Positions 22,569 to 34,838 of a DNA stretch of 64,000 nucleotides are shown here, in pieces. Position 1 is the first letter of the stretch. Each line of letters starts with the position of its first letter. The notes beneath the pieces are model-generated. The model saw only the letters and a list, made by a program, of their open reading frames with translations. It ran no database searches and had not been told where the DNA came from. The position numbers were made by a program, and so were the translations under genes. Source of the stretch: Felis catus (lineage: Eukaryota). Location of the stretch: assembly GCF_018350175.1 (NCBI RefSeq), contig NC_058368.1, positions 56,732,001 through 56,796,000 of the forward strand. The letters are read 5' to 3'.

Positions 22569-23929
22569 CCATCACCATAATTATGAGTTAATGTAATGTA
22601 GTTGGAAGGAATTTGCTTAAAAACTAAGTGGGAAAGGTTGGATTTTTTGCAAAGTCCATGCTTAAGTGTGTGCCCTTTTAACAAGAATGTATGAAAGCAT
22701 CTCAATAATGTGATATATTTGTTGGGTAATCACTTAAAATTAAAATTGGGCTGGCTGAAGTTCTCATTATGTACAATGTCTTTGGAGTGAGGTTCTACTA
22801 ATGTTTTTTTGTGAAATATTTTTTTCAGCTTTCAAGACGCAGATATAGTTAAAATTATTTTTACTGACAATTCTAAAGTAAAAAGGGATCACAGACATCA
22901 TATTAGTGTTTGGTTGTACTATTTGTATTTCAAGTTGTAAATCTAATTGAAAAGCGCAAACACATATCCAATCCATATTTATTGTGTAGGTGTAAGTAAA
23001 TCTTACCAGTATTAGCTCAGTGAGGTAACCTGACGCCTATTTCAGTTTCCTTGTCAGTATTTTATTGTCTTGACATATTTTTATTTTATTCTTGGAACCC
23101 AAAAATCAGCTTTAAAAATGTACAGGAAGAAGCAGACAGAAATGCTGAACTTTGTACTAAAGATGTTTTTGATATCCAAGTCATTTCCTGGGTCCAGGAA
23201 ACAGTGCTATCTATAATTAAAGAAATGATGTCCATCACTCTCTCTGACCTAAAAATATTTCAGTGTGAAAAAAAAACATTCAGAAAGATACGTTTTTAAA
23301 AAAATGATCTGAAATGTGCTGTGAGACTGAACAGTATCACATTGGTGAAATCTTTCACCGATACCTTCAGTGCATCAAAAGCGGCTATTTTGATGCCCCA
23401 CATTCACTTCACCCTCAAAAACAAAATAAAACAAAAGAAAGGAAAACCTCATTTATTTAACCTATATTATCCCACCCAACTTGTACACCTAACACGTAAT
23501 AATTTCATCATATCTTGTGTGGAATACATGTTTACATACTAGTCAAGGGAACTATAAGGGGAATCATGGCGGAAAACAAAGAAAAACTGATGAGAAAAAG
23601 AACCAACACAACAAAACAAAACCCTGTCTGTACTAGGGCCTTGTTTTCCTCTTTCTGCTTGGTAAGTTATCTATAAAAAAGGAAAAGAGAAAGAGAAATA
23701 TTTTATATATTTACGTTATTACTCATACTCTATTTCCCACCCACATTCATTTAAGTGTTACTGACGGAAGACAATCGTTATTCAACATACTTGTTTGGAG
23801 CCCATTCTGTAAAATACCACAGTATTGTGGGTTTACATCCATCATAGTAGCTACTGACATTTATTGTTATTTTATTATGATGATGATCGCATTGTTCTTA
23901 TTCCTTATAGAGTTGCCCAAGCTGCAGTA

Positions 23930-24030
23930 AGACACTATGCTTCTTGAAAGTCAAAGCTTTGTTTCATCTCAGTTTCCTCAGTGTATGACACAGTGTTGTT
24001 ACATAGTAAGAATTCAATATATTTTCTTGA
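23930..24030 (+). mobile_element. LINE-2 3' end
   Basis: cttcttgaaagtcaaag...tcctcagtgtatgacacagtg...acatagtaagaattcaatatattt. Confidence 0.65.
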
Positions 24031-25074
24031 AGAGTAGATGACAAAGTTTTATTGAAAATCAGGTCAAGCTGTTTGCCTCTAAATTATACAAACATGAAAG
24101 AAGAGATGGTGAAGAAACATTCCTCTGTTAATTAATGCCTACATGTTGTTTTGCGCTGGCACCAGTAATTAATCACCGTATCAAACACTAAATAAGGATG
24201 TAAGTTGAAACTGTTTTACTTTAAATGTTTTATAACCATTTCATTTAAATATATAAAAGGTTATTTTTTTCCTTTGACTTTAAAAACATAGGTTATTTTT
24301 CCACATAAATGGTATTGTGGTCATAATCTCCTAGAACAGCACACAAACACCCCCAAAAAGACACTTTTTAAACAAATCGAAATGTTATTATTTGATCATT
24401 TTACTATTACTGACTTTGAACTTAATTGAACTATGTTTAGATAATGTGGTCTGTATGATACATGTTTGTAAATAATTCGAAACATGCTTTATGGCTCAAT
24501 ATAAGGTAAATGTTACATGTATTCTCTGCATATTTTAAATTTTTTTTATTTTTTTAATTGATTAGGTATACATTGATATTGTGTTTTAGAACACACTTAT
24601 TTAAATTTGTCATCAAATTTCTCTACAAAATTATTTTTGTTTTCAGTAGTAACCTTTTAATCAGGGGTATCACTGGCAAGAGGAGGCAACCTCAGTGTCC
24701 ATGATACTGTAGTTTAATGAATGGTTTACAAAATCTTGTTAATTACAAATAGCATAGATAAATTCTTGATTTTAGTGATAAGCACTTACTAGATATATAG
24801 AGATTTTTTAAAAAATATTCTATTAACCTTTCCAGGGTTTTTTGATGTGGGATAAGTAGAACTTTTTCAAAATAACTAGTTTTCCATATTGTCAAAATTC
24901 AAAAATATGGTTATTAAAATTAAAGAGAAATATTAGAAAATAATTGTTATTAAGTCTTCTTGAAAACCAAATATAATTTATGAGGTTGATTTTATGGTGA
25001 AAAATGTGTATGTACAAGCTTGGAAACCTCTCTCTCTCTCTATATATATATATACTCATATTTGTATATACTTA

Positions 25075-25345
25075 ATATTTAGTATTATGCTCTAATAGTT
25101 ACAAGTACAGTTCTAGGCACCAGATATACAACAGAGAAATTAGCATAAGGAATCCTCTCTTATAAAGAGCTTAATGACTGTGGAGTTTAGCAACAAGCAA
25201 TGAAATAAATATGTAATATAATTTTAGATGGCAATAGTGCCTTTAAAAAAAAAGTCTAAATATGGGGGAAAATGGTGACTATGAGGGGATCAGTGCTAGA
25301 TAGTATTACCAAGAAACAGTTGCCTGAAGAGGTGATAATAGGAAA
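25075..25345 (-). mobile_element. LINE-2 fragment
   Basis: gttctaggcaccagatatacaacag...atcctctct...gagctta...ctgaagaggtgata. Confidence 0.6.
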
Positions 25346-26466
25346 TGGGCCAGGTAAAGTGTGCTTGATGTACTTGGTTTCAGATTCTCCAGTATGCATA
25401 GACTAACCCACTCCTGTATGCCAAGGCTTCAGGACAACTTCAGGTCCAACTATTCCTAGTGGATCTTTATTCTCACAGCTTCTTCATTGTTCTGCAAGGT
25501 TTAATTTCTATAATAATTATTTTATCACATATATCGCCTCTGCTTTCCTATCACAGCTTGGCTGAGGCACTGATGATGACTTAGAAAACTGTAACTTTTG
25601 TGGAAGTATGAATACATTGTAACAGGGTTATTTTTTACAAGTTGAACTAAAAACCCTATTGTAACTCTAGTGACAAGTGTCATTTTTTTCCACCCTCTTC
25701 TTTTTATCTATAGTTGTGATGATGAAAGTTACCTCCCATGGCAGTTGTCACAAGGAAATCTCTAAATTAATGTGTAAAATAAAGTTTTAACATGGTATTC
25801 CTAATTTGAGTACTATATCATATAAGCTATTAGAAACAATAAATTATTTTTCTCTATTCTTATAATACCTAGCATAGAAACTAAGAGTAAACTTTTCAGA
25901 AAATGAAAACTACTCAAATCAAAAAAAAAAAAGAAAAAAAATCTTGTTATTAACAGGCAGTGTCACTCCACAAATGTCATGAAACAAAGAAAATGAATGC
26001 TAGCAGGGTTTCCTGGCAGTTTTAAGTGCTAGAGGAATGGGGAGGAAGAAACTTTGAACACTGCATAACATATTTGTCTCTGCTTCTTTTCAACTTTTAA
26101 ATAAATGCAAGGATGGAAATCACACTAAACTAAATTGACACACCTAGAGAGCTTTCAGTGCATTTTAGTTTTCATATATATCTCATTTAATACATAGAAA
26201 CCTCCTCCCAATTAAAGAAGATGGTAAGATTATCTTCATGTATAGATAAAGAAAGCACATATAGAAGGCAATAAAACTGAAATATATAGGGTCTAATCTT
26301 AAGAAAGTTACCTATCGAGACAAACACAGCAGGGGGCCATGTCGGTTTATCTCCACATTAAATAAGGAATCCCCAACAAGATAAATGGATGAACTCAATA
26401 ATTATTGGAATATATTCTCAAATTTCTGAGAGTATTTTTTAGACTTACATTGAAAAATCCATTTGG

Positions 26467-26674
26467 GGGGCACCTGGGTGCCCCACTCTTCATTTAAGTG
26501 TCCCACTCTTCATTTCAGCTCAGGTCATGATGTCACGGTTCGTGAGACTGAGCCTCGTGTCGGGATCTGGGCTGACACCACAGAGCCTGCTTGGGATTCT
26601 CTCTATCCCTCTCTGTCTCTGCCCCTCCCCCTATGCTCTGTCTGTCTCAAAATGAAGAAATAAATGTTAAAAAA
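26467..26674 (+). mobile_element. Can-SINE (SINEC)
   Basis: Typical body; small internal duplication of cccactcttcattt. Confidence 0.95.
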
Positions 26675-27502
26675 TTACTTCAGTAATTCATTTTAAATAT
26701 TAAGTGTAGATTAATTTTTGTTCCATTTGTGTCATAAGATTTATTCAAATCAGCATTTTTAGAGTATGTCTTGAGAAAATGGATTATGAGATATTTAGAA
26801 AACTTAAATGGGAGAGAGGCCTTCTGAAAAAAAAATTTGGGGTCACATTTGAGACTCAGATGGCTTAAAGATAAACTATCCTTCTGTGCATCTATTAAAT
26901 ATTCAGATGCTAAGGATATACAAAAGCACAATTTTATTTTTTGTGCCAACAAGAATAATGCACGGATCCATAATGGCTTTAGTTACACAATGGTTTCCTT
27001 GTGACAATAATTTCAGAAGTTTATGATTCATTGATTTCATTAAAGGTTAATAGAATAAAGCTTAGGACTCACAGTAAAGTAGACATGTTCTGGGGTTTTC
27101 AAAGATCATTGCCGCTGGTTAAGAGAAAGGCACAGAGTGTGCTGAGATCAATCTCAACTCCTCTGGCACAAAATCAACAACACGACACAAGCTGTTTCCG
27201 TGCAAGTGTTCTTTCATGCTGAAAAAGTAAAATGCTGAAGGTTAGGAGCCCTCTTATTCAGCACCTTTATTATGGAAACACGAACCGGATCCAATATGTC
27301 TTCTTTCATATTATGATGCTCTCTATTCTTTTAATAAAAGCAAAACCAAACTTTGTATTATTCCATTGTACTTTTGGTACTGAAGAAAGGTCTCTGCAAG
27401 CCAGGCGGCCCGTGGGGACTGATGAAGATGACACACACAGCTGGGGGAATGGACGCGGCTCTGCACCTGGTTGCTTCACTCAACTCTCTCACCCACTTTG
27501 GT

Positions 27503-27590
27503 TTTTCTTTTCTTTTCTTTTCTTTTCTTTTCTTTTCTTTTCTTTTCTTTTCTTTTCTTTTCTTTTCTTTTCTTTTCTTTTCTTTCTTTT
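27503..27590. repeat. (TTTTC)n pentanucleotide repeat
   Basis: Direct reading. Confidence 0.98.
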
Positions 27591-27969
27591 CCTATCCTTC
27601 TGTGCTTATGATTCATACAGGTCAGGCAGTCATTCCCAAAATGGTTCATCGGTGGGCAGAAGGAAGGGCTAAGGGAAGTAATTTTGTTCTTTGATAAATC
27701 TTACTTAACATTATAAGGAAATACTCGTGCATAGGATCATCATTAGCAAAAGATTGCAGTTTTTCGTTTGGAGGCACTGCTGATACTCATTAGTAGGCAC
27801 TTTCCTCTGAAAGCTAATAAACATAATCAGTGATATGGAGTTGCTAAATGTTATTGATCATGATCTGTCAATATTTTCTCACACTAAAAACTTAACGAAG
27901 CTTTATAAAACTCTAAACCTCCTTCACTGTATGTGAAAAATGTCATTACAAAATCAAGTTTATACAAAA

Positions 27970-28140
27970 GCTGAGTTGGAGTATTAAGGAATATGGATAA
28001 GTTAAGTCTCACCACTAGTTATGTCACTTGTTTGATGTAGAGCCATGGTCAGTTTTCATAAGTGATTTGAAATTTGGTTTCCTCAAATGTGGAAGTGTGA
28101 GGTAATACCAAACGCAAATTTCTCTGAGGATCAAATGAAA
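27970..28140 (+). mobile_element. MIR
   Basis: tggtttcctcaaatgtggaagtgtgaggtaatacc...tgaggatcaaatga is the MIR core. Confidence 0.65.
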
Positions 28141-29349
28141 AACAAAATGTTACTGAAAGACTATTTTTAGAGATTTCTTTTTGATCATGCAGTTAGCAAA
28201 AGGCAGGGCCAGTATCTGAAACCCAAGACTCAGAACCAGCTTCACTGTGTTAGGTCATACTTGCTACCTAAGAAGCCACAGAACAGTGTGCTCGTGGCAT
28301 GAAAGGGAAAGAGTGCTGTGTGTGTGTATGTGTGTGTGCAGGCACACGTTCTTTCCAATTAGTGATAAAGGCAGACTTTAGACTTGTTTTTCTCTTATTT
28401 ATTCCTCTGTTCGTAGGCTCAGCACCTCTAGCACATCCCCACAGAGCTGCTCTGAGTGTAAGAGTGAGCCATAGGAATTGTTGATTATGTAAATGAAACG
28501 CCCCATCTAAGCAGCTCCATGGAGAGAGAAAACAGCAAAGGAGTAGATCCAGACATGAATTGAGTTAATAAAGCCTATAGGGAGTTCCACTTATAGTTTT
28601 CTCTCATACAGAGCTGAGAAATTTTTCATTTGATGTGGAATCTCATGGTTTTGCTGTAAATGAGGTTCACTCAATTTCATACTTTGTGTGTGTGTGTGTG
28701 TGTGTGCATGTTCACATGCACACATATATATGATTTGTGTGTGAGTGTAGCATGTGGGCATTGGAGCTTAACTGTGTATTTTTTTATTGTATAATCATAC
28801 TTTAAGAAAGGAAAGAGGAGAATTTAGAGTGAGTCTCATTAAACATAACAAACTTAAGATCTACTCATAGATGTTAATTATGGTGTGAAAGTCCTTATTA
28901 GTTATTGCATATTTCATAACACAGAAACTATAGCAGTAAATACTTCTATCCTTTACAGTCCTTACTAATGTAATACTATATCTAAAGCAGTAAGATGCCC
29001 TAGATTATGTGTGGTTAATATACATAGGACTTGATTTTTCACATTGCATTGATTTTTCACATTGAAAAATCTCATTATTGAGTTATAAGAAAAGCTAACA
29101 TTAATGCAGAATGTGTATAATATTCCTTAAAAGTTCCAGATGCATTTTTATAATATTTTTTTCCAAAATGTAGCATAAAAAAGGTATCACAAATGTATGT
29201 CAGGCCAGGTGTACCTTGATACAGGTGTACCTGTATAATTGAAACAGTATCCAAAGAGTTAGTCAGTTTTACTTCAATATTTAGTTCCTCATATACAATT
29301 GATGGTTAGTGGTGCACTGAAACAGAATCGCAAAACGAATGTGACTTAC

Positions 29350-29430
29350 ATTCTGCTTTTGTTTCACTTTGTTGCTACTAACCATTTGATACTGCCCTGG
29401 TATCTTGAGTTTTATTCTCTCTTCTATTTC
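29350..29430 (-). other. Candidate spliced exon (81 nt, phase 0-0), unverified
   Basis: Minus strand TTTTAATTTTAAAG|GAA...AAT|GTAAGT; open frame EIEERIKLKIPGQYQMVSSNKVKQKQN; no recognisable homology. Confidence 0.2.
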
Positions 29431-29452
29431 CTTTAAAATTAAAATTAAAATT

Positions 29453-29608
29453 TTGGTTGGCTCAGTCGGGGAAGCGTCCAACTCTTGGTTTCAGCTCAGC
29501 TCATGATCTCACCGTTCCTGGGATCCAGCCCTGTGTTGAGCTGTGTGCTGAGAGCACAGAGCCTGCTTGGGATTCTTTCTGTGTCTCTCTGCCCCTCCCC
29601 TGTTCGTA

Positions 29609-29683
<75 letters not shown>

Positions 29684-29709
29684 AAAATAAATAAATAAAC
29701 TTAAAAAAA
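29453..29709 (+). mobile_element. Can-SINE with expanded (CT)n(CA)n
   Basis: Slightly 5'-truncated head, compound microsatellite at 29613-29683, A tail. Confidence 0.95.
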
Positions 29710-30441
29710 TGTTTTGTTAGGTTTTAGACTTGCTGATGTCTGTTCCGGCTTCTCCAGACAGTTGTCTTACAAAAATATTTCGAGACATAATGCATCTGCA
29801 GAGAAAAAAATTCCCACAACTGTCTACCATATTCTATTATATTTAGCCTCTATCAATCTGCAATGAACATAAACATTTCTTCTAGAAATTCTGAAGCCAA
29901 ACAGCATTCTTTTCATGCTTCCTTTCCCACATAAAATGATATGAAATATCACAAAACCAAATAGTTTCCTGGACTTTGCTTTTCATTTAAATCATAATGT
30001 TGGAATCGCAGGACTTGAGCCACATTTTGATACTATTTTAATATCCACCATATTCTTCTACCTTAAAAAGTAAACAAGATGAGTAATAAATATTTGAATG
30101 AATGTGAACAGATCTTGATGATTTTTGCCCCACAGGGCTTTATTCACAGAACAAAAAGCTCAATGAAATTGTTTTATGTAAGGCTCTTCTCTATTTGGGT
30201 ATAAGAATATATCCTTTAAATACAAGGATGAGATAATGTATGCTTCTGTATAGAAAACTAATTTGCACACATTCCTGTATTTTCTGAAGTGAGAGATACA
30301 AATGTGATCATTTCCTTGAGAAATTAGATGAAATAAGGAATGAACACATATACCTTCTGAGAAAAGTTCCTCAAAAATCGTATGTGATTGAATTCTAAAA
30401 TGAGCATGAAGACAAGTTCTACAATACTAGTTTTTAGAATG

Positions 30442-30445
<4 letters not shown>

Positions 30446-30489
<44 letters not shown>

Positions 30490-30505
30490 TATATACATAA
30501 ATATA

Positions 30506-30548
<43 letters not shown>

Positions 30549-30557
30549 TTTATATAT
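30446..30557. repeat. Complex (TA)n microsatellite
   Basis: Direct reading. Confidence 0.95.
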
Positions 30558-31103
30558 AAAGTGGAATCTGTAGGAAAGGGAATGGCTTATGTTTTTCTTC
30601 TTCCTGTCCTGAAAGAAGAAATGCTCTTTCAGGACAGGCTGATACCACTATTTATAGTATGAACATGCAATTATCTTTTTGGGGACTTGGTATCTTGGCA
30701 GTTTTTCTCAATAGAAACAGTCATATTGGCCCTTCGCTTTATACAATAAAGTGAATAATATAGTTGTTTACACAAAAATCCCCTTTTTGTTAATAGAAAT
30801 TTCTAAAAATTGTGTACATTTGATGGTGTACCTACTCATATTCCTGTGAGGCATAATTGGTGCCAATATCTAGTTTCTTTGTGTTTTTCTGCTGCTGTAT
30901 TTACCAGGAAGCTTCTATAATTGTTCCAGAATTTACTATCATTAAAATAAATTGCCTATCTTTACATATTTTTCTGTTTTGGTAATTATGTTGCTTTTGA
31001 GATGTAAGATCCAACAACAGTTTTTACCTTTATATGTGCAGTATGCCTTTCTAAAATGTGGTGCATTTTATTCTTAGTCTTGATGGAGTGGGATTAATTG
31101 GGG

Positions 31104-31104
<1 letters not shown>

Positions 31105-31140
<36 letters not shown>

Positions 31141-31158
31141 TACACACACACACATATA
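31105..31158. repeat. Interrupted (CA)n microsatellite
   Basis: Direct reading. Confidence 0.93.
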
Positions 31159-31590
31159 TGAAGTCTATATGCATTTCTATTATGTGCCTTCTTGCTATAA
31201 ATTTTAAATTAAAGTATTCTATTTTATTTTTGCTTTTTTATTATTGATTCCAATTCAGTTATTTTTAGAGTTATGACATATGTTCATTACAAGGTAGTGT
31301 TAGAATCATAATGCTAGATACTGTTTAAAAGGGATTGCATGTTTTTGATGTATATAGTATGGTTATGCATATTTAGATTAGATTAAGCATTAAAGTTTCA
31401 TGAATAAAAAGTAAATGAATTTTCTGATATCAACAGAATATATTACACAATAAATAAAAATCTACTTCATTTTAACATTCTAATTTTCCATAAAATTAAA
31501 AGGAGAAATCATATAGGTCCTTGGAGTACAATTCTTTAAAATTTTATACATAAATAACTGACATAAAATAGCTTCATGACAATATGTAGA

Positions 31591-31934
31591 TAGTTGACCC
31601 TTGAATGATGCTAGGTTTAGAGATGCTGACCCCATGCACAGTTGAAAATCTGTGTATAACTTTTGACTTCCCAAAAGCTTAACCACTAATAGCCTACTGT
31701 TGACTGGAAGCTTTACTGGTAGCATAATAGTCTGTTAATATATACTTTGTATGTTATATGTATTATATACTGTATTCTTACAATAAAGTAAGCTAGAAAA
31801 AAGAAAATATTACTAGAAAATCATAAGGAAGAGAAAATACATTTGTAGTACTATACTGTATTTATGGGGGAAAAAAAAAACAACATGTAACTGGACCCAT
31901 GCAGTTCAAACCCTTATTGTTCAAGGATCAACTG
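31591..31934 (-). mobile_element. Tigger2a-type non-autonomous Tc1/mariner DNA transposon
   Basis: TIRs agttgacccttgaa / ttcaaggatcaactg followed by TA; internal actaatagcctactgttgactggaagc and tattcttacaataaagtaagctag match Tigger2a. Confidence 0.92.
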
Positions 31935-32112
31935 TATTTTGTTTGTCGTTTGTACATAGAATTGTCAAATAAGCTATTTTCCTTTACTTTAAATAAATGT
32001 GAAACATCTAATTCACTCACTTTATATACTAGTATGATTCCTTAGATATACAGGGATTAAAACAATGAAGTAGTTTTAACATTATAATACCATATGGTAT
32101 TTAAATACTCAC

Positions 32113-32318
32113 TAAGGTAGGTCTACCTTGCTGAAAGCTCACAAAAGCAAAAATCTGCAGCAACTTGCATCCAAGAACTAATAAACACTTTGGTATGTTG
32201 TCACAATTACAGAGGCGGTAGAATATTGCTTCTGTTTCCTCTCTCAATATACCAGGAAATATGTCCATTATTGAATTCATCAAGAGAGTTAGATCAGCAT
32301 ACCTTGTACATTTAAAAC
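32113..32318 (-). other. Candidate spliced exon (206 nt), unverified
   Basis: Minus strand ATTTTTAG|G...TTA|GTGAGTA; one frame open throughout (FKCTRYADLTLLMNSIMDIFPGILREETEAIFYRLCNCDNIPK...QQGRPTL); no recognisable homology. Confidence 0.2.
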
Positions 32319-32639
32319 CTAAAAATATATCATGTACATAAAATTCTTTAATTTTCCCTTAACTATAAAATAACATATTGCTGAATTTTTGCTTACTTTA
32401 TCAATGTGTACAGATGTTTTTCTCTAGTTTCTTAATAATCTACTTTTGATAAATATTAGCATACTTATTAGATACTTTCTCTCCTCCTGCCTATAAATGA
32501 GCTTACGCTTCACTCATTTTTAAACAAACCAACCAAAAGCACTCATTCCCTTTACACACACACAGATATACACTATATCATCCTTTATCTACAAAAATTT
32601 ATTTTCCTTTTCCTTTAGAATCAGTCTGCTAAATATTCT

Positions 32640-33900
32640 ATGCAAGCTGTGTCTCCTTTTCAATGCAACATTCACTACTCAAATCATACGAATACCTGTC
32701 CCAGAACTCGGAACATTTTCTCTGCTAAAGATCCTCAGTGAACTGCTTTGATCAAGTGAGGCTATATATCACTATTATCTTACTATTATCTTACTTGAAT
32801 TTGCTATAATACTTAAGACTATCGATTTTTACTTCCTTATAACTGTTCCCACTTCTTACCTCAAAAAGCATTGTCAGCTTTTTCTCCAGTATTAATGACA
32901 AATGCTACGCAAACTTTGCCAGGGGTTGTATTTCTGTTTTGTGTCCCATAAAATTCTATAGTGTAAATTGTTAATTGCTGCTTACCTTTTCTTCTCATAT
33001 TTTTTTTCATGTTACTACATATGTGGCTCTTTTTCATGTTACTACATACATAATTACCTTATATCTCCTTAGGGATTCAAGCTTTATACCCGTACTAAGT
33101 GGTCTTAAGTGAACTACTTATTTGTCGTTCTTTTGTCTCATTGGTTTTTCAAACTCTGTAAATTCTGTATTTAATAATCCTTCCACCCATAGATCACAAA
33201 ACTTCTTGTGTTTTCTCGTTGCTTTCACCCCCCTACACCAATTAGCATCGTTGAATTCCATATTCTTGAGTGCTGATACGATGAATTTTTTTCCTTCGTT
33301 GTTACATCATTAATCCAGACTCTGATTGTAATTCACTTAGATTATTGGAGCAGCCTCCCACATTTCTCTCATTTCTTCTCTTCTTGAAGGCACTCTCCAC
33401 TGAGAGTTCTAAAATCCAGTTTGCCCATGTCGTTACCTTGGCTAAATACAACTTTTGCTCATCAGAGCCTATCCGGGAAACACTGAACTCTTTGTCATAT
33501 TATTCCAGAAGCTTTATCATTTGGCCTTGCCTAAGTGTCCCCTTTCTACCACTCACCTCTCATAATTCTGAATTAGGTCCATTTCCATGATAATAGCCAT
33601 GTTTTCCATATCTTTCTACTAATTTGGATCTTCTTTCCTTTCTTGTCTTCATAAGGCAAATCAAGGATAAACTAGTTAGGGAAGATTTCTTTAACCTTTC
33701 TCATCAGATTAATTACTGCATCCTCTATTTGATCACCATTCCACACATGTTCTTAGCTTTCACACTACATTGTGATTTTTCTTTTATGGTTGTATGCGCC
33801 ACCATTTAGACATTTGCAACTTAAGGACATGTCATGCTTTCTCATCCTTGATCTCCCAATGCTTGCCATATAATAGTGTTCAAGTATTTATTGATGAAAT
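32640..33900 (+). mobile_element. Long degenerate LINE-2
   Basis: Pyrimidine-rich L2 motifs (tcacttagattattggagcagcctccc; cttaaggacatg...cccaatgcttgccatataatagtgttcaagtatttattga 3' end). Confidence 0.65.
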
Positions 33901-34005
33901 AAAATAATATGTTTCCAAATCTTACACTTCTAAAGACTAAATATGAAAATGTGAAGTTCTTTAGAGAAATTTACTAATGTATTTCAATGATAAGTAGAGG
34001 ATAGA

Positions 34006-34218
34006 TTTTTTAAATTTTTTTTAATTATTTTTGAAACAGAGAGAGACAGAGCATGAGCAGGGGAGGGGCAGAGAGAGGGGGAGACACAGAATCCGAAGCG
34101 GGCTCCAAGCTCTGAGCTGTCAGCACAGAACCCAACGTGGGGCTCGATCTCATGGAGTGTAAGATCATGACCTGAGCTGAATTCAGACACTTAACCAACT
34201 GAGCCACCCAGGCACCCC
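34006..34218 (-). mobile_element. Can-SINE (SINEC)
   Basis: TSD gaggatagattt. Confidence 0.97.
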
Positions 34219-34608
34219 GAGGATAGATTTAATAGCAAATCATAGGAAGTAAAATAAAAAGTAAAATAAAATAATAATTGTGCTTCTCTTAGAAAATAAA
34301 TACAAATAGTGCAACTTGAAATAATACAAATCAAATATAAATGATAGAAATATATATGTTATATAGTTATATATAATATACATGATTATAATTATACATA
34401 TATAATTATTCAAATTACTTACTCCATGAAGAGCAGAATAGAATAGTGAAAGGAAGTTTATGTTTTAATGTTATAATAATTGAAATTATAAATATGTCTG
34501 AAGGACATATAAGAGGAAATTAGTGAAAGCATATATGATAAACACATGAACAATTTGTTCATCAATGCATGCATTACTTAACCTTCCATTTAAAATATTT
34601 CCCTTTCT

Positions 34609-34838
34609 GGGGCATCTGGATGGTTCAGTCGGTTAAGTGTCCGACTTCAGCTCAGGTCCTGATCTCACGGTTTGTGAGTTCAAGTCCCGCATCAGGCTCT
34701 GTGCTGATGGCTCAGAGCCTGGAGCCTGCTTCGGATTCTGTGTCTTCTTCTCTCTCTGGCCCTCCCCCAACTTGTGCTCTGTCTCTCTCTGACTCTCAAA
34801 AATAAATAAATGTAAAAAAAAATTAAAAAAAATAAAAT
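34609..34838 (+). mobile_element. Can-SINE (SINEC)
   Basis: TSD aaaatatttccctttc. Confidence 0.97.

Noticed and set aside
23051..23299. 82-aa plus-strand ORF in unique sequence (EEADRNAELCTKDVFDIQVISWVQ...)
   Set aside because: Non-ATG start, weak acceptor, no partner exons and no recognisable homology.
27232..27694. 146-aa and 113-aa ORFs
   Set aside because: Their length is inflated by the stop-free (TTTTC)n tract; no homology or exon structure.
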